From an uncultured Bacilli bacterium (GTDB lineage: Bacteria > Bacillota_I > Bacilli_A > RF39 > UBA660), in NCBI GenBank assembly GCA_944358235.1, contig CALVQL010000002.1, forward strand, positions 1 through 44,892: DNA of 44,892 nucleotides. Direction: 5' to 3'. Below, one piece after another: positions 36,303-44,636 of the stretch. Within the stretch, counting starts at the first letter, position 1; each line of letters starts with the position of its first letter. The translations under genes and the position numbers were made by a program. The notes under the pieces are model-generated. The model searched no databases and was not told the origin of the DNA. It was given only the letters and a program-made list of their open reading frames with translations.

Positions 36303-37544
36303 CTAATTATCAAAGAATATTCCAAATATTTTCCATAAAATAGAATCACTGGAAATAATTCTCTTATCATTAGAACCACTTAATAGTTCTAAATCGTCTT
36401 GCGACAAAATCGAATATTCTCGATCTCTCAATTTCAATTTATAATCAAAGTATTTTATCATACCGACACAGCTAGCATATTTGTTATCGCGAACACCGAC
36501 GATTGGAATCTTACCAATAGATGCATTACGACCAAATATACTTTCAATTTCCAAAGGAAAGTCCTTAAGTTCAGTCAATCCTCCTGTTACAATTATATAA
36601 CTTATTTCTTTCTTTGTTAAGTAGTTAATTTCATTTTTCGCCAAATTAAGCATCTCGTGGAGACGGCTCATAACGACCTCTGTAAGTTCATATTGGTTAA
36701 TCGTTATTTTTTCTCCTAGATTATTAGTAAGCTCTATCTTTTCCTTTTGGCTAGCATAACGCTTATTTGCTAAGGCAAACTTTTCCTTGATCTTTCGACT
36801 CTGATCATCGTCTAATTTATAGATGAAAGATATATCATTATCGACATTTTTTCCACCATAGCCAATCACTAAATTGTTGATAATAATTCCTTTGTTGAAA
36901 ACGGCAACTTTGATTGTCTCAGCCCCACAATCGATTAATACGCCGGTAAGGGTGTCGGTCGACTCATTTCGATGAGCATAATATGCTCCAATACTACCAA
37001 GCATAATGTCGATAACTTCAACGCCACACTTTTCTAAACATTTTGCACTTAGATAGACATCACGCTTAGGAACCGAAACAACTACTGATTTAACCGATAT
37101 CTTTTCGCCACGCATCCCCTTAGGAACACGAGTTTTACGATCATCGACTTTAAACATTATAGGAATTACCGTTACTAATTCTAAAGCCTTATCGACTTTG
37201 TTACGAACACTACTTTGCAATACTCGTACGACATCAGAGGCGGTAATTTCCTTATCTTCACTCGTAATCGTATTTGTCGCTTCACCGATTTTAAAGTCAG
37301 CTGCTTCTTCATTTACAGAAACGATGGCTTTTGTTACTTTTACACCTAAGATCTCTTCTGTCTTCTTAAGAAGTTTTTTTAGAGCATATACCGTTTCTTC
37401 AGGTTCGACGATTGCTCCTTTTTTGACACCACGAGAATCTTCTTCTAAAGCACATAAAACATTCAAGCGCTCTTCGATAATTTCGCCAACAACGATTTTT
37501 ATCTTACTACTACCAATATCAATACTAGCGATTATCTCTCTCAT
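36303..37544 (-). CDS. ftsA: Cell division protein FtsA
   Basis: 413 aa. Actin-fold phosphate-1 ASIDIGSSKIKIVVGE, DCGAETIKVAVF, C-terminal amphipathic helix ILWKIFGIFF. Immediately upstream of ftsZ. Confidence 0.93.
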   Translation of the reverse strand: MREIIASIDIGSSKIKIVVGEIIEERLNVLCALEEDSRGVKKGAIVEPEETVYALKKLLKKTEEILGVKVTKAIVSVNEEAADFKIGEATNTITSEDKEITASDVVRVLQSSVRNKVDKALELVTVIPIMFKVDDRKTRVPKGMRGEKISVKSVVVSVPKRDVYLSAKCLEKCGVEVIDIMLGSIGAYYAHRNESTDTLTGVLIDCGAETIKVAVFNKGIIINNLVIGYGGKNVDNDISFIYKLDDDQSRKIKEKFALANKRYASQKEKIELTNNLGEKITINQYELTEVVMSRLHEMLNLAKNEINYLTKKEISYIIVTGGLTELKDFPLEIESIFGRNASIGKIPIVGVRDNKYASCVGMIKYFDYKLKLRDREYSILSQDDLELLSGSNDKRIISSDSILWKIFGIFFDN

Positions 37545-37581
37545 AGTATCCCTTCCATCTTATCAATCATCATTATACTAT

Positions 37582-37619
37582 AAAAAAAAGCAAAAAAAAA
37601 GGAATTATTATGATAATTC
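37582..37619 (-). terminator. Rho-independent terminator between the kinase-fold gene and ftsA
   Basis: Minus strand: GAATTAT-cata-ATAATTC followed by CTTTTTTTTTGCTTTTTTTT. The stem is AT-rich. Confidence 0.5.
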
Positions 37620-37639
37620 ATCGATATAGAAGAACGTTT

Positions 37640-38386
37640 CTATCTAACTCTGGATATAGGTTGCTCCGTTAGTATTTTTTTCTTGATCGTACGTAAATCT
37701 TTAATCGTCGGAGTATCACAATTACAGATTTCCCCTAAATAAGTGAATAAATTATCATAATATTGAAAATTGTTAGTTATAGTTAGACGATAATATTCTG
37801 CTAGTTCACTATCCGTAAAACCAAATTTATGGAAAGGTGGAATTTGAAAAACTGCGCGTAATAAAGCATATATAATCGCACTTATATTCACTTGAAACAA
37901 CTCGTCTGTGGTTAGGATCTGAGAATTTAAACCATCATCTAAATCGATAATATAAAAGCATTTGTCGAAAAGAACATTACGGGGATGAACATCACCAAGT
38001 CGAAGATGATTGCGTGAAATCTCATAGGTTTCAAAGATGATTCTATGGAGTGCTGAAATTAAGTCCGATATAGCTGTTTTAGGATCGATTTTAGCCATTG
38101 TCTTAGCATCAACGTATTCTAACTCAACTGCACCTACTTTTCCATCGACTAAGAAAATCCTATTAGGTCCAATAAAAATTTCATTGCTGACTTCTCCTAA
38201 AAAAGTCAAATGCTCTTTCATATCAATCGCATCAAATAAAAGCTTCTTGCGAGGTGTCGGCAAATATATCTTTAAAACTTGTCCATTTTCTTGTAAAAAG
38301 CAAATACTTGTCGTCCCTTTTCCGATATATTTACTCGTCAAAGCTCTTTTTAAAAGGTACTCGCGGTCAATACTCACTATTTCCAT
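37640..38386 (-). CDS. Small protein-kinase-like fold protein (APH/ChoK/Kdo-like), function unknown
   Basis: 248 aa. Gly-rich loop IGKGTTSICF, Lys in QVLKIY, catalytic loop LGDVHPRNVLF (D-x-H-x-x-N), metal-binding YIIDLDDG. Confidence 0.6.
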   Translation of the reverse strand: MEIVSIDREYLLKRALTSKYIGKGTTSICFLQENGQVLKIYLPTPRKKLLFDAIDMKEHLTFLGEVSNEIFIGPNRIFLVDGKVGAVELEYVDAKTMAKIDPKTAISDLISALHRIIFETYEISRNHLRLGDVHPRNVLFDKCFYIIDLDDGLNSQILTTDELFQVNISAIIYALLRAVFQIPPFHKFGFTDSELAEYYRLTITNNFQYYDNLFTYLGEICNCDTPTIKDLRTIKKKILTEQPISRVR

Positions 38387-38451
38387 ATAATTTCCCCCTT
38401 TTTTATCAATAATAATGGTAGTATACTAAATTCAACCAAAAAGTGCAAATA

Positions 38452-38481
38452 TTGGTTAAATACGGGCTTTTGTGGTATACT
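38452..38481 (+). promoter_or_regulatory. Sigma-A-type promoter for murT-gatD
   Basis: TTGGTT (38452-38457), 18 nt spacer, TATACT (38476-38481), with an extended -10 TG (tgtggTATACT). Confidence 0.5.
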
Positions 38482-38497
38482 TCTAGGTGGTGAGGAA

Positions 38498-39844
38498 ATG
38501 AAAGAAAGATTGGCAATTATCGTAAATAAACTTATTACATTAATCAGTAAAATATGTCGAAAAGGCGGTTCGGTTATACCCGGTTACTACGCCAGTAAAA
38601 TTGACAGAGATATTCTAAATAAAGTTAAGTATCCTCAATACATTATCGGTGTAACTGGCTCATCAGGAAAAGGTTCGACGACGGCATTAATAGCCCATAT
38701 TTTGGAAGGAAACGGTTATAAAGTCATCTGGAATAAGAGTGGATCCAATTTATATAACGCTGCAGTTACACTTATCTTGAACAATACGAGTATTATAACG
38801 AAAAAAATAAAAGCCGATATCCTGCTTTTGGAATTAGACGAAGCTTATATCAAAACGATTTTCAACAAAACTAAACTTACACATTTGGTAGTAACAAATA
38901 TAACACGTGATCAACCTGCACGAAATGGTCATCCAGATATTATATTTAATAAAATTGCCAATGCAATTGATAATAAAACACACTTAATAATAAATGCCGA
39001 TGATCCAATTGTTTCACGTTTTAAGTTAATGCATAAAGGTAAACTTACGACGTATGGTGTCGGCCGATATATCGACGATTTAAAAAAGCCGATTAGTAAT
39101 ACTATCGATGCTGCCTATTGTCCAAACTGTGAGACTAAATTAAAATATGCCTATTATCATTACGGTCATATTGGAAATTACAAATGTCCGAAATGTGGTT
39201 TTTCACGTAACCCTGTAGATTATGAAGCAAAAGATATTAATCTTTCGAGAAATTTTATGACGATTAATAAATCTTTGGTTCGTTTAAATAAAGATGTCTT
39301 TTTTGCCACATACTATACAACAGCTGCTTTTGCTTTAGCAAATACTATCGGAATAAGTGTCGAAGATATCCAAAAGGAATTAAATGAAGATGTCATGGAA
39401 TCAAAACGAATGAAGGAAAATTATCTCGGCAAGAGAAAGGTCGAAATGATCGAATCAAAAAACGAGAATGCTCTTTCATATTATCAGACGATTCAGTATA
39501 TTCGCCAAAAGTGTGGTAATAAGACGATTATAATGGGATTTGATAATGTATCGAGACGATACCAATACAATGACTTAAGTTGGCTTTATGATGTCGATTT
39601 CGAACTGTTAAATGATAAATCGATAGATAAAATATTCTGTATCGGTAGGTTTCGTTACGATGTTTACAATCGACTCATCCATGCCGGAATTGCGAAAGAT
39701 CGTCTAATCTTAATCGATGATTTAAAGAGTCTTTTAAAAGTTGTCAAGAAAAAATCAAAAGGTACAATATATACAATGGTATGTTTTGATATGACCGCAA
39801 TCATAAAAAAACTCTTATTGGAGGAAAATCATGAAAACAATTAA
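38498..39844 (+). CDS. murT: Lipid II isoglutaminyl synthase subunit MurT (Mur-ligase family)
   Basis: 448 aa. ATP-binding GVTGSSGKGSTT. MurT-specific Cys4 ribbon YCPNCETKLKYAYYHYGHIGNYKCPKCGF. C-terminal DUF1727-like region. 14-nt overlap with gatD. Confidence 0.85.
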   Translation: MKERLAIIVNKLITLISKICRKGGSVIPGYYASKIDRDILNKVKYPQYIIGVTGSSGKGSTTALIAHILEGNGYKVIWNKSGSNLYNAAVTLILNNTSIITKKIKADILLLELDEAYIKTIFNKTKLTHLVVTNITRDQPARNGHPDIIFNKIANAIDNKTHLIINADDPIVSRFKLMHKGKLTTYGVGRYIDDLKKPISNTIDAAYCPNCETKLKYAYYHYGHIGNYKCPKCGFSRNPVDYEAKDINLSRNFMTINKSLVRLNKDVFFATYYTTAAFALANTIGISVEDIQKELNEDVMESKRMKENYLGKRKVEMIESKNENALSYYQTIQYIRQKCGNKTIIMGFDNVSRRYQYNDLSWLYDVDFELLNDKSIDKIFCIGRFRYDVYNRLIHAGIAKDRLILIDDLKSLLKVVKKKSKGTIYTMVCFDMTAIIKKLLLEENHENN

Positions 39845-40532
39845 AATTGCTCATCTATATTATGATTTGATGAATCTCTACGGAGAAACAGGAAATATTA
39901 TGGCACTAAAAGAAGGGTTTAAACGACAAGGAGTAAAATGTGATGTCGATTATCTTTCTAAAGGAAGCAAAATCGATTTTTCCAAGTATGAAATATTTTA
40001 TATGGGAATGGGTTCTGAAGCAAATCAAGAAATAGTTCGTAAAGATATCTTGCGTTATCGTGAGGAATTTCGTAAAAACATCAAGAAGAAAACATTCATC
40101 ATGACTGGTAATTCATTTGAATTATTTGGTACGGATATCGATGGAAAAGAATGTCTTGGAATATTCGATTTCCATAGCAAGCGTGTACGTAACAGAATTG
40201 TCGGTGAACAAGTTGCTAAGACTTATCTCTTATCAGATCCAATTATTGGATTTCAAAATCGGGGCTCGATCAACGATATCGAAGAAAATCACCTTTTCGA
40301 GATAATAAGAGGTCACGGAGATAACAAAGAAAGTAAATTTGAAGGTTATCATATCGATAATTTCTATGGTACATACACTGTTGGTCCTTTACTTATTAGA
40401 AATCCGCATTTAACAGATATGATTATCGAAAACATTTTAGCACGTTATAAACGTACACTAAATAGAATAACTGATACTCCAGATTATATGGCGTATCAAG
40501 AATATTTAAAGAATTTTCCAATAGATAAATAA
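39831..40532 (+). CDS. gatD: GatD-like (CobQ/GATase_3-type) partner of MurT, apparently lacking the glutaminase catalytic Cys and His
   Basis: 233 aa. N-terminal IKIAHLYYDLMNLYGETGNI matches the GatD hallmark. The nucleophile elbow (CGGxQLLG in S. aureus and S. pneumoniae GatD) reads TG(93)NSFELFG. The catalytic-His motif (Y-x-HGP) reads GTYTV(184)GPLL. Confidence 0.8.
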   Translation: MKTIKIAHLYYDLMNLYGETGNIMALKEGFKRQGVKCDVDYLSKGSKIDFSKYEIFYMGMGSEANQEIVRKDILRYREEFRKNIKKKTFIMTGNSFELFGTDIDGKECLGIFDFHSKRVRNRIVGEQVAKTYLLSDPIIGFQNRGSINDIEENHLFEIIRGHGDNKESKFEGYHIDNFYGTYTVGPLLIRNPHLTDMIIENILARYKRTLNRITDTPDYMAYQEYLKNFPIDK

Positions 40533-40551
40533 GCGTTGATAGATATATATC

Positions 40552-40592
40552 AAAAATAGTCAAGAATTACTATATTCTTGACTATTTTTTTC
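40552..40592. terminator. Bidirectional terminator between convergent gatD and the 40560 gene
   Basis: AAAAATAGTCAAGAAT-tactat-ATTCTTGACTATTTTTTT: a 12-bp perfect stem with T-runs on both strands. It overlaps the last codons of the minus-strand ORF. Confidence 0.75.
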
Positions 40593-40814
40593 TTTAAACA
40601 GTTTTACCAATCGTTCTTTTTCTGATCTATCTTCAACAACCGTCAATTCGAGATTACCATCTTGTATAACTTGACGAGCAAATAAAACTTCGATTGGCTG
40701 TGTGTTACTAATCAAACCAACATAGTCTTTATTCTCCAAATTTAACGCGGTAAAACAAATATACTCTTTACCGTCAACTAATACTGCAGTTTCTCCAAAT
40801 TTTAATTTATCCAT
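40560..40814 (-). CDS. Small acidic protein, possibly DUF1292-like
   Basis: 84 aa, AGGAGG RBS. The pattern VLVDGKEYICFTALNLENKDYVGLI…EVLFARQV…LELTVVEDRSEKERL resembles YrzB/DUF1292 proteins. Weak call. Confidence 0.45.
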   Translation of the reverse strand: MDKLKFGETAVLVDGKEYICFTALNLENKDYVGLISNTQPIEVLFARQVIQDGNLELTVVEDRSEKERLVKLFKEKNSQEYSNS

Positions 40815-40829
40815 ATTTCCTCCTAGTAT

Positions 40830-41108
40830 TTAATCGCCTATTAAACTAGCGATGAGTTCTTTAATTGTATTGATATATACAAAGACCGCTTCCGAAAAAT
40901 CATCAGCAGAAAATTTATCTTTATTTAAATCGATAATTTCGCGGTTATAAAGGACATCATTTTTTTTATTTTTCTTTTCATTTAATTGCTCTAATATCAT
41001 CAATAACTCTTTTAATTCTGTTTCAATAACCTTATTTTTTTCTAGCAAAGGGAGCCGCTTAAAAGCATTGACATAATCATTAAACGCTTCATCTTCGACG
41101 AATTGCAT
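40830..41108 (-). CDS. Small helical protein, function unknown
   Basis: 92 aa, AGGAGG RBS. Its start overlaps the 3' end of the upstream 2-TM gene by 20 nt, which suggests translational coupling. Confidence 0.55.
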   Translation of the reverse strand: MQFVEDEAFNDYVNAFKRLPLLEKNKVIETELKELLMILEQLNEKKNKKNDVLYNREIIDLNKDKFSADDFSEAVFVYINTIKELIASLIGD

Positions 41109-43056
41109 GCTCTATTTCCTCCTCTTTACAAATTCCTTCAGCAATCACTTTATTTTTATTTGCAATATCTTTAATAATTGGCATAACTCGATCAGTTATA
41201 TCAATAGAGGTAGTTCCAACTACGACATTGATTCTACCACTTTCCATCGATAGTCTCGCACCTTCAGGGAATCCAAATAGAACTCCTCGCTGTTCCATTA
41301 TGCGACCATATAATTCTTGCATTTGCTCTGAATCAAGCTCTCTTAATTCATCGATACTTTTCGGTGTAAATAGACTTTTGACCATCTTACTAAATTTGGA
41401 TTTCCCTTCAAACTTTTTCTTGGCAGTTTTAAATTCTTCTATAAATTCATGGTATTTTTCATCATTTTCAATTTCGATAAATATTGGCTTTTCTTTTTCT
41501 GCGCGATTTTTTTTCTTGGTCATTAAAGCTGCTCCAATAGAAGCGAAAATAGGTAATAATCCAACAGCTAGTTCGCAATCTTCTATACTCCACTCCAATT
41601 GCTGACCAACAGCAATATTTTCGACAGTATCATATGACTTTTCAATTATATTTAGACTGTTAATTTCGTATTCTCTTCCATCACTTCCCACAACTCTAGA
41701 GCCGTTTTGTAACAAATTATTTGATTCATCAACAATACGAATTACTGCTCCATTGGGTAAAGTAATGGTTTCTCCATTAAAAGATTCAACACTTCCTCTA
41801 TAATTAGCTGTTTTTTTGACTATGCGTTTTATCATATCGTCAGTTATATCATCTCGAGTAATTAAATCGGTTACATCACCCCATCCGGCACGCGTCATAT
41901 CCGAAGAACTGCCAAGATGAATTCGCACATTTATATCATCCATGTCAACATTCTTTTCTTGACATACTTTGTATGTGAAGTCATCAATACTAATTCCAGT
42001 TAATTGACCATTAAAATCTTCGATATGATCCAATATTTTACCTTGTGAAATGACAGCAATTCCTGTAATCCGATAATCACCTGCTGTCTTTCCTTCAAGG
42101 TCAAACTCGTTTCCAAAACTTTTATTAACACCTGTTAAAAGACTATTTGTATTTAACGTATCACCATCTTGAGTTTTTATTGTTCCACCTAATTCCATAT
42201 TCGAAATGACACAATCAATCGTCTCTTGAAGAGATTCTTCCGTATACTCAAGTTGATCTATGTCATAATCAGCTTCAATAGTATCGATTATTTTAATTGT
42301 CTCAGCATTGACGTCACTAACGCTTAATCCACTAAAAAGCACAGAAACATAAGCCATAGCTCCTAACAAAAATGAAAATTTGTTTTTGTACTTTCTTTGG
42401 ACTCGCATAATCCGCTTTTTGTCTTGTTCGATTTTTTCTTCTGAAATTGTAGTATTTGTTTTCTCAGGATTGGATAGTATTATATATTCATCCAACGCTT
42501 TATTTATAGCATTTATATCGATATAATCTCCGGAAGGGAGAGCTATTTTTCCCTTGCCTAAAAAGACTACACCCTTATCAGCAGTTTTTCCCTCACTACC
42601 GCTAATACTCCATCTCTTTGCAGTTTGATTGCTAATTCGCTCATGTTGGTTACCAATAGTAACTTTTCCCGAAGCCGTTTTAGCGGTTTTTAATAAGTTT
42701 TCCATGTCAAAGTAATAACCTTTTTTAGTAATAACTATTTTCCCAGATGCTTGCGATTCTATTGCTTTGTTAATTGCATTAACTAATTCATCAGCATTTA
42801 CAAATGTCCCATCAGCTAAATGAATCCCTTGCTTATTATACCCCATCATGATTGAACTGACTCGCTTTTCATTACCGTCACTATCCCGAATAACTACAGA
42901 CTTATCTTCTCTTTTTTTAGAAGATGTTGAGTTACCAAGTTCTTTCGTTTCCAGTGTTAAGCTAGACATATCGTTTTGTCTTATATTTTCTGACAAATGA
43001 CCATCAATTTGATATCCTTCTTTAATTAAACGTTCAAACATATTTTCATCTTGCAT
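41089..43056 (-). CDS. Two-TM membrane protein with cytoplasmic N- and C-terminal domains and a ~250-aa ectodomain, function unknown
   Basis: The track start 43113 is upstream of the AGGTGA RBS (43066-43061). ATG 43056 gives MQDENMFERLIKEGY…. TM1 FSFLLGAMAYVSVLFSGLSV, TM2 LAVGLLPIFASIGAALMT. The N-terminal domain contains an internal repeat ending in NAINKA. Confidence 0.6.
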   Translation of the reverse strand: MQDENMFERLIKEGYQIDGHLSENIRQNDMSSLTLETKELGNSTSSKKREDKSVVIRDSDGNEKRVSSIMMGYNKQGIHLADGTFVNADELVNAINKAIESQASGKIVITKKGYYFDMENLLKTAKTASGKVTIGNQHERISNQTAKRWSISGSEGKTADKGVVFLGKGKIALPSGDYIDINAINKALDEYIILSNPEKTNTTISEEKIEQDKKRIMRVQRKYKNKFSFLLGAMAYVSVLFSGLSVSDVNAETIKIIDTIEADYDIDQLEYTEESLQETIDCVISNMELGGTIKTQDGDTLNTNSLLTGVNKSFGNEFDLEGKTAGDYRITGIAVISQGKILDHIEDFNGQLTGISIDDFTYKVCQEKNVDMDDINVRIHLGSSSDMTRAGWGDVTDLITRDDITDDMIKRIVKKTANYRGSVESFNGETITLPNGAVIRIVDESNNLLQNGSRVVGSDGREYEINSLNIIEKSYDTVENIAVGQQLEWSIEDCELAVGLLPIFASIGAALMTKKKNRAEKEKPIFIEIENDEKYHEFIEEFKTAKKKFEGKSKFSKMVKSLFTPKSIDELRELDSEQMQELYGRIMEQRGVLFGFPEGARLSMESGRINVVVGTTSIDITDRVMPIIKDIANKNKVIAEGICKEEEIEHAIRRR

Positions 43057-43137
43057 AATATCACCTATTTTTTTTAAAATACCATAAAAATAACTAAAAA
43101 TAAACATATACATTTTTTTATCTGGTCAAATGTGTAA

Positions 43138-43172
43138 ATAAAAAAACAATCAATATTTTTATTTGATTGTTT
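43138..43172 (-). terminator. Rho-independent terminator of the infC-rpmI-rplT operon
   Basis: Minus strand: AAACAATCAA-ataaaaata-TTGATTGTTT followed by TTTTATTT. Confidence 0.7.
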
Positions 43173-43177
43173 TCTTA

Positions 43178-43714
43178 TTACTTACTTAAAACCTCTAATA
43201 ATTCAGCTTTTTTCATAGTTGTATAACCGTCGATGTTGTTAGCCTTAGCCATTTCTCTTAGTTCAGCGACTGTCAATTTAGAAATATCAGCAGCACTTTC
43301 TGGTTCGTGTTTTGAAACTTCAGCATTAGCAGATGCTGTAGCTTTAGCACTTACCTTTCCTTCCAAAGCATCTTTTGCAATATTGACATAAGATGTAAAT
43401 AATGCTGGATTGTCAATTGCTACTTCTGAAAGCATCTTTCGGTTAATTTGAACACCAGCTTTATTTAAGCCGTTGATAAACTTAGAATAGCTTATATCAT
43501 TCATACGGCAAGCAGCATTGATACGTGTAATCCATAATTTACGGAAGTTTCTCTTGTTTTGTTTTCTATCACGATAAGCATATGCTCCACTATGGAAAGT
43601 CTGTTCTTGAGCAGTCTTAAAAAGACGATGCTTACTTCCAAAATATCCTTTAGCAGATTTTAAAACTTTTCTACGTCTGTTTTTAGCAACAGATCCACCT
43701 TTTACTCTAGTCAT
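43178..43714 (-). CDS. rplT: 50S ribosomal protein L20 with a ~58-aa C-terminal extension (Rho_N/SAP-like helix-extended-helix)
   Basis: Residues 1-120 are canonical L20 ([29 protein letters not shown]…[10 protein letters not shown]…). Residues 121-178 add an Ala/Ser linker and then [32 protein letters not shown]. Confidence 0.9.
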   Translation of the reverse strand: MTRVKGGSVAKNRRRKVLKSAKGYFGSKHRLFKTAQEQTFHSGAYAYRDRKQNKRNFRKLWITRINAACRMNDISYSKFINGLNKAGVQINRKMLSEVAIDNPALFTSYVNIAKDALEGKVSAKATASANAEVSKHEPESAADISKLTVAELREMAKANNIDGYTTMKKAELLEVLSK

Positions 43715-43726
43715 ATTCTCTCACCT

Positions 43727-43915
43727 TTAGATGACATTTTTTAATCTGTCAGCTATTCCTTTCGCTAATTGTCCTTTATTTTTTCTTTGTCTAACTTGCT
43801 TAGAAGAATCCTTAGCAGTTAAATGGTTACCACCAGACTTCTTATAAGTTATCAAGCCACTTTTATGTTTATTTAAAACTTTTTGTGTAGCTTTATGTGA
43901 TTTTTGTTTTGGCAT
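43727..43915 (-). CDS. rpmI: 50S ribosomal protein L35
   Basis: 62 aa, basic. MPKQKSHKATQKVLNKHKSGLITYKKSGGNHL. AGGAGG RBS. Lies between infC and rplT. Confidence 0.9.
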   Translation of the reverse strand: MPKQKSHKATQKVLNKHKSGLITYKKSGGNHLTAKDSSKQVRQRKNKGQLAKGIADRLKNVI

Positions 43916-43927
43916 ATGTCATTCCTC

Positions 43928-44467
43928 CTAATTCTCTTTTTTTGGTGCTAAAAACATAATCATCGTACGTCCTTCAAGTTTAGGCTGACTTTCAATATCA
44001 GCGTAATCTTTTAAGGCATCAGCAAATCGCAACAACACATCTTTTCCGATGTCTGTATGAGCCATTTGACGCCCTCTAAAGCGAATAGATACTTTAATCT
44101 TATGGCCTTTTTCCAAATAATTCTGAGCATTTTTGCGACGAGTTTCAAAATCATGGATATCGATAGTTGGAGATAACTGATATTCCTTAATCTCCTTATT
44201 GTTCTCACGCTGTCTTTTTAATGCTTCTTTTTGTTTCTTGCTCTTTTCATATTTGAATTTGTTATAGTCCATTATTTTAGCTACTGGTCTATCAGCTCCA
44301 GCATTCATAAGAACTAAATCCAACCCAGCAAAATTTGCTATTGTCAAAGCATCTTCTAATTTTTTTGTTCCCATCTGTTCACCATTAGGTCCAATAACCA
44401 TCAACTCTGGAACCCTAATTTGATTATTGATAGGTAAATCATCGTTTTTTCTGTTTACGTTTGCTAT
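43928..44467 (-). CDS. infC: Translation initiation factor IF-3, probable non-AUG (ATA) start
   Basis: The track ORF starts at TTG 44404, which removes the conserved N-terminal segment. The frame stays open upstream. ATA 44467-44465 lies 7 nt after GGAGGTG and yields IANVNRKNDDLPINNQIRVPELMVIGPNGEQMG (B. subtilis: …VNEGIRAREVRLIGQNGDQLG). Rare start codons are a known feature of infC. Confidence 0.85.
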   Translation of the reverse strand: MANVNRKNDDLPINNQIRVPELMVIGPNGEQMGTKKLEDALTIANFAGLDLVLMNAGADRPVAKIMDYNKFKYEKSKKQKEALKRQRENNKEIKEYQLSPTIDIHDFETRRKNAQNYLEKGHKIKVSIRFRGRQMAHTDIGKDVLLRFADALKDYADIESQPKLEGRTMIMFLAPKKEN

Positions 44468-44630
44468 GTTAACGCACCTCCATCAAATTAATAAAAAGTG
44501 AATACAAACGTATCCACTTAAAAACCAATATCAATATACAGACAATCTATATTTTTATATTTCTTGGCCTTTTACCTAGTGCTATTTGCTACTCAGGTGG
44601 ATGTGGATACATCGCTTTCCTTTTTAAAAC
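44468..44630 (-). promoter_or_regulatory. infC-rpmI-rplT 5' leader with terminator/antiterminator pairing (L20-leader-like attenuator)
   Basis: Minus strand terminator AAGTGGATAC-gttt-GTATTCACTT plus TTTTATTAATTT (44519-44484), 14 nt before the infC RBS. Upstream GTATCCAC (44610-44603) is perfectly complementary to the 5' arm GTGGATAC, giving an alternative pairing. Position and logic match the Firmicutes L20 leader. The rRNA-mimic fold itself was not verified. Confidence 0.55.
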
Positions 44631-44636
44631 AACATT

